Source: Lytechinus pictus
Taxonomy: Eukaryota
Reading direction: 5' to 3'
Assembly (NCBI RefSeq): GCF_037042905.1
Contig: NC_087251.1
Coordinates: 11,348,001-11,412,000 of the forward strand
Length of the DNA stretch: 64,000 nucleotides
The notes under the pieces are model-generated. The model had not been told where the DNA came from, did not search any database, and saw only the letters and a list, made by a program, of their open reading frames with translations. The first letter of the stretch is position 1. Every line of letters starts with the position of its first letter. A program made the translations under genes and the position numbers. Shown here one piece after another: positions 1 to 10,228 of this stretch.

Positions 1-339
1 GATGTACACCAGAGTCCCGTCATGGAGGGGTACGGATTCTTACTGGCAATTTTCTCAAGTTTTGATACTGCAGATCGTTGATACTTGAATAGTCAAGAAA
101 TAGAGGTCTTTTCTTCAGTATTGAATAAGGGCTATCAAGTGCATTCACCTTTGTTATACCCTAGAGGCAAATTCTACGATTTGTGGTCCCAAAGACATAT
201 TTTATCCTTTTAATTTGTAGATAACAGCTCATATTCCGTTAGTTTTCGAATTATATTTTTTTTCAATTATTCTGTATCATCATATTCATCTCTCATCATC
301 AAAATCATTTTATTTTTTAGCATTAGTCTTAAAATATTA

Positions 340-455
340 TTATCATTATTATTATTATTATCATCATCATCATCATTATAATTTTATTTCCATTTCTTTA
401 TTATTATCATTATTATTATTCATTATTGTTATTATTATTGGTAGTAGTAGTAGTA

Positions 456-503
<48 letters not shown>

Positions 504-787
504 CAGTACTAGTAGTAGTGCTAGTAGTATAGTAATAGTATTCTGTATTCATTATTTCTACTATTATTACTCATTATCATCGTTATCTCTGTTATAAACA
601 CCAACTATTATTACAACAAACTGCTGCTGCTGTTGCTATACTACTTCTACTATAGCCAACCTCCTCCTCCTACTACTACTACAACTACAACCACTACTAC
701 TATACTGCTACTGCATACTACTACTACTACACGTACTACTACTACTACTGCTGCTGCTGCTACTACTATATACTACTAATACTACTA
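340..787. repeat. Trinucleotide microsatellite cluster (ATT/ATC, AGT, GCT, ACT)
   Basis: Visible (agt)n at 441-520 and (act)n at 670-787. Confidence 0.95.
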
Positions 788-1013
788 CACTGCAAAAACC
801 GTGGTGTTAAAACTGACACCAGTTGGTGTCTATAGAGGACCACACCCTGAGGTTCTAAAATTACACCCTCGAGATTGAACATAACACCAAAGAGTGTAAA
901 TGTAACAACCAAAGGTGTTGTAATAACACCTATATGTGTTAAACTAACAGTGTCAATTTAATGACTGGTGTGGTCCTCTATGTACACCGGTTAACACCAC
1001 AGTTTTTGTTGTG
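788..1013. mobile_element. Small TA-flanked MITE (Tc1/mariner-like ends)
   Basis: TA|CACTGCAAAAACCGTGGTGTTAA ... TTAACACCACAGTTTTTGTTGTG|TA; internal AACACC motifs. Confidence 0.75.
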
Positions 1014-1258
1014 TAATACTATTATTTCCACAATTTTTATGTCATCGTCACCTATATAAGGTCGCTATCATCGTCAGAGCAATATTGTCGGAAACGTTGA
1101 ATAAGAATTAAAGACGGAATAAGGTAATTATATGAATTTGCAATGTTGCCTTACATTTCAAATTTTGCAATATATAGCATACATACCTATATGTAGGTTA
1201 ATAATGGAAGATTTAATCTAACCATAGAGCTATTACAGATCTAACTGAATTAACGTAC

Positions 1259-1337
1259 CTTCCGCTTGTGTCCTTTCTCTGATTGATAAAATGAGAATGA
1301 TGTTGATAATAACCACTCTTAGCCAATATCCCTCCAT
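1259..1337 (-). CDS. First coding exon of a divergent gene encoding a signal peptide (MEGYWLRVVIINIILILSIRERTQAE, phase-1 intron); product unknown
   Basis: ataATGG Kozak-like start; hydrophobic core VVIINIILILSI; T-Q-A cleavage-like motif; donor AG|gtacgt in phase 1, typical of secreted or membrane protein first exons; CpG-containing 5' region 1340-1700. Confidence 0.65.
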
Positions 1338-1799
1338 TATTGTCCAAAATATTCCAAATGGATCACTATTGTCTTTCAACACGATATATAGTCATGGCAT
1401 TTTCTCTCAATTATCGAGCTAACTTCACTGTGTTATTTCGCAAAGAACCTTCCTTTTTCGTATCCGTCAAAGTGTGATTTTCTCCTCCTTTTGACGGTTT
1501 TGGGGGAATCAGACAGAAACACAATCATTGCCCATCCAGTGTGGAGGGCTTATTGGGTTTGGCCACCAAACCGTGAAAGCGGTGGAACCTACAAAATACC
1601 AGGAGGTCATTCGCCAAGAGCTGAAATTGATTTTATGCAGTTCTATTGAAGTTGATTTTAGTTTTCGGTGAATCATCCGCAGAGCAACAAGAGAAGCGCA
1701 AATATTTGGTTTACCAATGGAATCAAATTCCTAGTAATATATATATATATATCAAGAGAATTAAAGTATCCCATTTGAAAGAGAGGGGGAGAGAAATAT

Positions 1800-1832
1800 A
1801 GATAGAAAGAAAGAATTAAAGGAAGGAAGGAA

Positions 1833-1873
<41 letters not shown>

Positions 1874-1880
1874 GAAGAGA
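1800..1880. repeat. (GAAG)n/(GAAA)n microsatellite
   Basis: Direct inspection. Confidence 0.95.
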
Positions 1881-3170
1881 GACAGATAAATAATTAGGGA
1901 GTGAAAGAAAGAAGGGAGAGGGGAGGGAACGGGAGAGAGAGTGAAAGATATGAAAAAAAAAGAGGAGACAAGAGTTTAAATTCGATTATTATTACAGGCA
2001 AATTAATATGAGATTTAAGTTAATTATAAAAGGTGATGAATATGACGAAAGGGGGAAGAATTACTGTGAGCGAAAAAGTTGATTATAGGCCTAAATATGA
2101 TGATTCTCAGAATAGACCAGTGGGATTGAAACCATTTTTTGTAAATCCTTTATAATTAATTATGTATATTTCTCTTTTTCCCCATAGTCTTATTCGTTCT
2201 GTTTCTCCACTAATTCAATTTGGCCTTTTTCTTTTTCCCCCTTCTTCTTCTTCTTCTTCTTCATTTTCTTCTTCTATCTTCTTCTTCTCCTCCTTTATTC
2301 TATTACTTCTTCTTCATTAAAGAAATTAATATAGCAAATATCTTAATGTTTTCACGTTTTAATATTTTTCGTTATACAAGCTCGTTACAAGCTCATCTAA
2401 TTATTTTTGTTTATATGATATTTTATCAACCCTTTTATTATGAAATAAGCGTCGATCAGATTATGGTCTGATCGACGCATACATTAATTTTAACAATCAT
2501 TATTGTAACAATCTTGCGTTAATTGAAAAAATATCGACGCCTTCAGTTCAGATTTGCAATAACTGCTGAACATAGCGGAATTCAGTTTACGAAGAAAATG
2601 AAACATCGTGCGCATAATTTTAAATTGTGCATTAATACAGTTAATGGGTGATACAATTATCTTTCTCAAAATTGATATTTGTTGTCTCAAACTTATTTCT
2701 ATTTCTTCATGAGATCATATGAAAATGCACATAAACTGCACATTGTATGTTTTAACAAAACGATCAGAAACATGTAAACATGAGATCAGACAAGTTGCCA
2801 AAACGGGAAAACAATCTTGTAAGAGGCAAATCCATAAAAAAAAGAAAGTTAATGATAAATTCACCCCCATAATACATTTCATTTCTGCCTCGCATTTATG
2901 ATTAATAATGCATGAAGTGATAGCGGTAGAAGATTTTTGTCGGAAATTACAATTCCTCATATGCATGCTTTACTTTTTTGTCAAGTCCACTCAATTAATT
3001 TCGTAGAATTTTCTTTAGCTCTAAAGAAAAATATAAAACTTTGTAAACAGTTATTTTTTCTCAAAATATTGTTGACCAATTGTCGATTACTGATTTTTTT
3101 TCCCCCTTGAATGAAACATGCTAGATAAAAAAAGTATATTTATATACACTGCTAGAAAATTTTTCTTTAA

Positions 3171-3759
3171 AGGAGAATGAAACCTTTGGAACAAGATAGC
3201 TTGTGTGAAAACAGAAATATCAAAGAAACACATCAACGAAAGTTTGAGAAAAATCGGACAAATAATGAGAAAGTTATGAGCATTTGAATATTGCGATCAC
3301 TAATCCTATGGAGATCCTCAAATTGGCAATGCGACAAAGATATGTGATGTCACTTGTGAACAACTCTCCCCATTACTTTATTATATATTTCACTTAAATT
3401 GCCTCTTTTATTACATCTATCAGTAGATCATGTGTTCTTTCTATAGGAGGGCATGTAATACAGATTTTTAAAGAATACATCATGAATAAAGAGTTTGCAT
3501 CACCACAAGAAAAAGCAGAAAGAGACATTTTGAGGGTATTTTATAGTCCATCAAAGGGAAAGTTGTTCACATGTGACATCACACATACTTGTCGCATTGC
3601 CAATGGGAGGATCTCCATAGCATTAGTGATTGCAATATTCAAATGCTCATAACTTTCTCATTATTTGTCCGATTTTCCTCAAACTATATATCTTTGTTCT
3701 TATTCTTTGATTTTTCTGTTTCGAAACAAGCCTACTTATTCCAAAGGTTTCATTCCCCT
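3171..3759. mobile_element. Foldback MITE with TTAA TSD (Kolobok-like, family B)
   Basis: TTAA|AGGAGAATGAAACCTTTGGAA ... TTCCAAAGGTTTCATTCCCCT|TTAA; inverted repeats extend about 200 bp. Confidence 0.85.
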
Positions 3760-3877
3760 TTAAAATAAAAGAAGTTCCTGCAGCAGAGTCTCGAGAACAC
3801 CTGTAATCTTATACCAGATTGCGTAATCTTACAGGAAATTTGTATTTGGTGTATGGAATCTTACAAATTTCCTTTAA

Positions 3878-4453
3878 AGGTCAAGTCCACCCCAGAAAAA
3901 TGTTGACGTAAATAAATAGAGAAAAATCAAACTAGCATAACGCTGAAAATCGGCTGTAGAATAAGAAAGTCATGGCATTTTTAAGGTTCGCTTATTTATC
4001 ACAAAACAGTGATATGCGCAACTCAGTGACATTCAGTCGATGATGTCCATCACTCACTAAATCTTAAGTTTTTTATTGTTTGAATTATACAATATTTCAT
4101 TTTTCACAGATTTGACAATGAGGACCAACTTGACTGAACCATGATCTAGTACTAAAACAATGCTAATTCCACATGTTCCGGGAGGAATTAATCTTTGTTT
4201 CACTTGACAATGGGGAGAAAATTAGAATATTTCATATAATAAAATACAAAAGAAATAGTGAGTGGATGATGTCATCAGTCCCCTCATTTGCATACCGACT
4301 AGGATGTGAAACTGTTTTGTGAAATTAAGCGAAACTTTATAAAATCATAACTTTCTTATTTTACATCAGATTTTGATGAAATTTTCAGTGTTATGCTTGT
4401 TGGATTTTTCTCTTTTTATTCAAACAAACTTTTTTTTTTAGTGGACTTGTCCT
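3878..4453 (+). mobile_element. TTAA-flanked MITE family A, copy 1 (Kolobok-like)
   Basis: TTAA|AGGTCAAGTCCACC ... GTGGACTTGTCCT|TTAA; homologous to copies at 11698, 14287, 33147 and 42018. Confidence 0.88.
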
Positions 4454-5099
4454 TTAATAAAACACCATTGTCCCCTTTTTAAACATATATATATATATAT
4501 ATACAGTCCCTTAAATGCAGTGTGTTTTTCAGGCCTGAAAAATTAATTAGAACTCGTTGTGTATTAAAAAAAGTGAGGTAGTAATGTCAATTGGCTTGTT
4601 ATAATCCCTATTGCACAAAACATGAACCTTAAATGCTACAGGCTAATTAATTTTCTGAAATGTGATCATTCTCCATAAACAGCTGTGGCCAGTGCTATTA
4701 TAATGTAGGAAATGCAAGGGCCGCGGAACGATTTTGAAAGTGGGGGTGGGGGAGGCAAATGCAAAACAGCCCCAATCCAATCAGGTTGTAATTTTATGCT
4801 TTAATTTGTATACGTTTATTGAAATAAGAGGGGGATCGAGGGCTGAAGGCCCCCCCCCCCCCCCCGGTTTGATGTCATAATAAAAATACGGTTATAGTTT
4901 ATTTTAAACAAACGAGAATTTGGAGATCACATATGTCTCTCTTACTCTGCCCTTTTGCGATTTCATGAAGAAAAAAAATTAATTAGTAATTCTCCAACGA
5001 AGAGCTCCTTTTGTCTTTTGGGAGCGAGATCGAGCTAGATCACAGAGATACGATCTTACGTATAAGCTCCCGAAGGGATCTTACGTATAAGCTCCCGAA

Positions 5100-5516
5100 G
5101 GGAGCTAGAGAGGGAACTCTTTCCGCGCGTTTTTATTTCCCATAGGTTTTGTACATAGCCAACATGGCTGCCGGCGGACAATTTGAAGGATGATTTTGGA
5201 GGGTCAATGTTTTATTCATGAGAATGACGTCAAAATACGCATAATGCACTTGTATGATTGGATTAAACGCTAATGTTTTATTCATGTACTCATGCATTAA
5301 ACATTTTTTTCCGTCCCACAATTCCCTACGATATCTGTGCGAAGTGTCGTTCTTTTGGAATCTGCGAATTTCAAGTTTCTGAAACGAAATAGCTAGACTA
5401 ATTATCTGTTTATAGAATTGATGTTCGAAATCATGGTTTCTGAGTGAACTTCATTGGAGCGGAAAATCTTGGAGGGAACATCAATACTATTCTAATGACA
5501 TTCCATAGGAATAAAA
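5100..5516 (+). promoter_or_regulatory. Second promoter-like island with a putative non-coding first exon ending at a gtaagt donor (5517)
   Basis: YY1-like CAACATGGCTGCC 5160-5172; CRE TGACGTCA 5225-5232; inverted CCAAT 5257-5261; CpG-rich; consensus donor AAA|gtaagt. Confidence 0.5.
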
Positions 5517-7295
5517 GTAAGTTACGCTCATTTTCATGTTTTGATCTCACTTGCAAATTGTAATGTGTTTGCCGGGGTTCGGGGCTCATCCTGTATTACG
5601 TACCGTACTATGTAAAGCCGGCCTATGTAAACCTCAATTTCAATATTTCTTTTGCCTGACTTCCAAATAAGTGTGATCATTGAGTTTCTCAAAAATACTA
5701 GGGCCTATATCTAGGACTAGGGGTCTAGACTATAGTTTGTCGTAGATCTAGACATTCATCGGAAAGCTTCATGTAGGTCCAAAGTAAACCTTTATTTCAG
5801 TTTTATTGTGATTAGACAATTATCAGGGGTAGATGTGGACTTGTTTCCGACCTCCTGTCGATTTCAGGCCTATTCAAATTTAGGTCAATGTAGGGATATG
5901 GTCAGAGCGGGATCCGGCCTTTGATATCGCCGGTGCTAGCCGGCTAGCGAGATTGTCGATGTAGTCATGGGGTATGAAAATAGCGGGGACGGACTAGGCC
6001 CAAACTTCAAGCTTGAAAGTTGAAGTTTAGGCCTAGTCCGTCCCCGCTATTTCATCTTCATATGAATAAGTATAATTCTCAGCAGTTTCTTTTATTCAGG
6101 AACGTTTTACTTCATAATAATCAGTGTTGAAATACGATTGACTTAGCATTAATGTCTGTTATGTTAGTTAAATGTTAATACTTGTCTTAGTCTTAGATTT
6201 GAATGAAATGGCGTAGCCTACCCTAGACCTAAATCAAGTCTATTTGAACAGGATACCCTGGGCCCGGCCTGGGCTGGGGTGGTAATTTGAAAACGTTTTT
6301 AGTGTTTACTTCATTCAAATGTGATGTGATTATTAAGTTATACAGGCCCAGCATAGACCAGATCCAGCTATATACAGCTGTAGAAATATGTGGTTGGAAT
6401 CATTTTACTTTTATAAACAGAGTGAGGTAGGCCTATGCCTCTATGTGATCGATAGAGAATGAAGTTTCGGGTCCAGATATCTTTTTTTGTTCTAGTTTGG
6501 AATATTCATACATAGACCTGGGATATGGGCAGCTGGAAATTTCAAAAATATTGTTTAAGAAGAGTAATTTTATTATCTCTAAAACTCTCAAATTTAAATT
6601 GTCAATTGCAGATCCAATGGGACCAAGTTCTTAGCAGTTCACACCTAGTCAGAAGTACAAAATTGAGAACCATGCCGATCAGCAAGTGTTAGTTACAATC
6701 TAATGAGGAACAGGATATCTGAATGGAAAAATTGCAAGGTATGCTTACTGTTTTGATAATATACAGGCTGTATCTAAGCTCATCACCCCCCCCCCCCCCA
6801 AAAAAAAAAAAATAAATAAATAAAATAAATAAATATTTCCCCTTTTTTGGGAGGGGGTGGGCTATGGCCAATTGTGCTGAAACATGATGCGATATGTAAT
6901 GTTAAAGTTCCATTGTGAGTTAATATTTGTTTGAATTCAGATTCACCAGTATTTCCATTTTTAACACTGCATACTAATTATCCATATCTCCTGTCTATAC
7001 ATGCATTTGCATAAAAAACCCAAGATATTAACAGTTATCACAAAATTCTGATAAATATTTGAATTAATTTGCACTCTTTATTTTCAAAACATACTGTAGA
7101 TAGTTATATTGATATATGAATTTATCTGGATGTGGGACGAAAGTGACTGCATGTGCTAAACTTGTTTTATCACTGAAGATATAAAATAGGGTTTACATCT
7201 TTTTTTTACTAAACTGGACTAGATGAGTAAAAATAATTTACAGCTTATTTTGTTCTTTTCTCTTTTTTACCATGCAGGTTTCCCACTTCCTAAGC

Positions 7296-7959
7296 TGTTT
7301 AAGTACTGGTATCACAACATAAGTGCCAAGAAGAGATATGAAACGGTCTCAAAATCTTTGCTGGTGCCCCCCCCCCCCCCCCCGATGCCGTGACCCATGG
7401 TACGCCACTGCAAGTCTTCATAAATTATGTAGGGTTATTAAGTTGCATTTATTGTTATCTTCATTTAAAACAAATGTGAAATGGGCTACCACTGCAATAA
7501 TATATAAATAGACTATATTTCAAAAATAGATTTAATTCTAACCACAGTGACAGTAGACAAATCAAATTTTGTTAATGATTCGCTAATGTATTGATTGGGG
7601 AAGGCACTCTTTAGGATTCTGGCATTGTGTTTAAGTACTGGTATCACAACATAAGTGCCAAGAAGAGATATGAAACGGTCTCAAAATCTTTGCTGGTGCC
7701 CCCCCCCCCCCCGATGCCGTGACCCATGGTACGCCACTGCAAGTCTTCATAAATTATGTAGGGTTATTAAGTTGCATTTATTGTTATCTTCATTTAAAAC
7801 AAATGTGAAATGGGCTACCACTGCAATAATATATAAATAGACTATATTTCAAAAATAGATTTAATTCTAACCACAGTGACAGTAGACAAATCAAATTTTG
7901 TTAATGATTCGCTAATGTATTGATTGGGGAAGGCACTCTTTAGGATTCTGGCATTGTGT
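7296..7959. repeat. 332-bp tandem duplication
   Basis: 7296-7627 repeated at 7628-7956; identical apart from poly-C length (17 vs 14); TGT at the junctions. Confidence 0.95.
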
Positions 7960-8735
7960 CCCACCCCCCCCCCCCCCCTATGAGGAGTGCTCTCACATCA
8001 GTAGACTATTTCTTGTCAGCAAATAATAAAATTTGAAAGGAATTTACCAATTTTTTTGAGTGACAAACTTTTGTGGAAGAAAATAAACGAATATCAAAGG
8101 TTTTTATGCTCTTTTATGGAATATTAACTAAAGGCTCATCGAGATCCTTTGAATGAAATTTTAACAAACATTGTACAATGTAGAAAAATGTACTTAATCC
8201 TATTTTTGTTTTATATACCCACCCCATACTACCCCTACCCAGTAACAGCCCTCTTTAGCTATGCATAGCCTTCATTTTTTTAAAATACAATTTAATGCTT
8301 GGTAGATGCTAATTATTATTTTTATGTTAATGTCAATGTTTTAGAAAATGGATTCCTTAATAAACATGTTAATTTTTAATTGAATTTTTTGATCTTGGTA
8401 ATTTTAATTTATCAATTAATTGTGATGATATATTGCTTCTGAGCTGTTATGCACAAATGGCACAAGATGTTGCACTGTACTGAAATGTGATGATGCCACT
8501 GTTACATGAGATCAAACAGCAGTCAATTAAAATATTATTCAAGAAAAATAAGGATAAGAGTGGGAAAGAAAGTAAAATGACAGGAGAATTATTTGCTTGT
8601 ATGCATATAGTTATGTCAGTTTCTGAGAGAGAGACAGACAGACAGAAAGAGAGAGAGATGGGGGTGAAAGTTCAGTTTGTTTTGAAAGAAGCAATTATAA
8701 CACCTTACTGTTCATGACGGGTAACGGGGGGGGGG

Positions 8736-9401
8736 GGGCTAATTATTTCTCCAAATTTTTGAAACCTACATATAAAATGTATTTTTTCTTTCCAAATGAA
8801 AATTACACCAGATTCATTTTCAGTTGAAAATAAAAAAGAAATAGCCTATGATCGGTTTGCTCTCTTGCCTATTTAATTTTGAGAACCCCCCCCTAAAATA
8901 TGGTATATACCTAGGTCATGATTGGGCTAATTATTTCTCCAAATTTTTTAAACCTACATATAAAATGTATTTTTTCTTTCCAAATGAAAATTACACTCTT
9001 GCCTATTTAATTTTGAGAACCCCCTCCCCCCCCCCTAAAATATGGTATATACCTAGGTCATGATTGGGCTAATTATTTCTCCAAATTTTTTAAACCTACA
9101 TATAAAATGTATTTTTTCTTTCCAAATGAAAATTACACTCTTGCCTGTTTAATTTTGAGAACCCCCTCCCCCCCCCCCCTAAAATATGGTATATACCTAG
9201 GTCATGATTGGGCTAATTATTTCTCCAAATTTTTTAAACCTACATATAAAATGTATTTTTTCTTTCCAAATGAAAATTACACCAGATTCATTTTCAGTTG
9301 AAAATAAAAAAGAAATAGCCTACGATCGGTTTGCTCTCTTGCCTATTTAATTTTGAGAACCCCCTCCCCCCTAAAATATGGTATATACCTAGGTCATGAT
9401 T
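8736..9401. repeat. Four-unit minisatellite (about 188/142/144/192 bp)
   Basis: Units start gggctaattatttctcc at 8736, 8924, 9066 and 9210. Confidence 0.95.
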
Positions 9402-9819
9402 ATTGATGTTTGACATAGAAGTCGCCATTTAAAATTAAGTGCTCCGATGAATGCTATTCATAATAGGACTTATATTGGAGACTACAATTATGGAAAAGAA
9501 TTTGATTTGTTATTATCTTGGTTTATATTATGAAAAGAGGTTCATTTCGTTTTCTGCAATAAAAAGAAAAAAGGGCTCCAGAAACCTAAAGAGATGTCAT
9601 CGTATATGGCAACATTTTCTTTGGGAACCTCCTCTGTAATATTTTTTAGCAAAGATCCTGGCCATTTGCAGCTAAAACAAAGCAAAGATGCAGTAATAAT
9701 CGTAACAAGCAAAAACAAATAGATCATTAAAATAGATGAATAATAAAACTCTGAGGAAAAAAACGAATTATCTGACATGATGTAATCACTGACAGACACC
9801 ATAAACGATATTAATCAGG

Positions 9820-10181
9820 TCGCGCATTATGCTAATTAGTGACAAAATACTAATTTACATATTTTTACGCTATGCGCGAAGGACGTTCCGTGACCACGCC
9901 TTCATTTCGCTGATGTACCAAAACAGTGGCGGTGTCCATAGGCTTGTATACGAAAAATGGGAGCAGTGTGCACTTTTGACCCTCCAAAATTTTCTTCAAT
10001 TCTGACCGGATGCAGAAGCGGAGTTTCACCCCCCTGAGCTAGATTTTGCAGAGCGCCGTCTGCGGATGATTTGAAAGAACTGAACTCGTTCATGTGATGA
10101 CAAAGTACAACAACATTGATTCAATGAACAGATGATCGAGAGTTTTCTTGTTTCTCGGAGGGTGTTTATAGAGAGGAAAAC
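9820..10181 (+). promoter_or_regulatory. CpG-enriched promoter/5'UTR of the KIF16B-like gene
   Basis: Local CpG/GC enrichment directly upstream of the ATG and into intron 1; octamer-like ATGCTAAT at 9829-9836. The TSS cannot be placed from sequence. Confidence 0.6.
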
Positions 10182-10228
10182 ATGGCTTCTGTAAAAGTTG
10201 CTGTGAGAGTACGGCCTATAAATGCAAG
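10182..10228 (+). CDS. KIF16B: KIF16B-like coding exon 1 ([16 protein letters not shown])
   Basis: ATG in aaacATGG context; donor AG|gttagt; 47 nt. Confidence 0.95.

Noticed and set aside
1..160. Second exon of the minus-strand gene
   Set aside because: The best acceptor gives a stop in the required phase; the alternative acceptor is weak with no recognisable protein
2220..2471. Hydrophobic membrane-peptide ORF
   Set aside because: Translation of a (CTT)n microsatellite with a non-ATG start
7323..7840. Tandem 61-62 aa peptide genes
   Set aside because: GTG-initiated ORFs crossing a poly-C repeat end; a by-product of the 332-bp duplication
5517..8520. snoRNA host gene
   Set aside because: No convincing paired C/D boxes with a terminal stem seen by eye; snoscan or Infernal would be needed to exclude it formally
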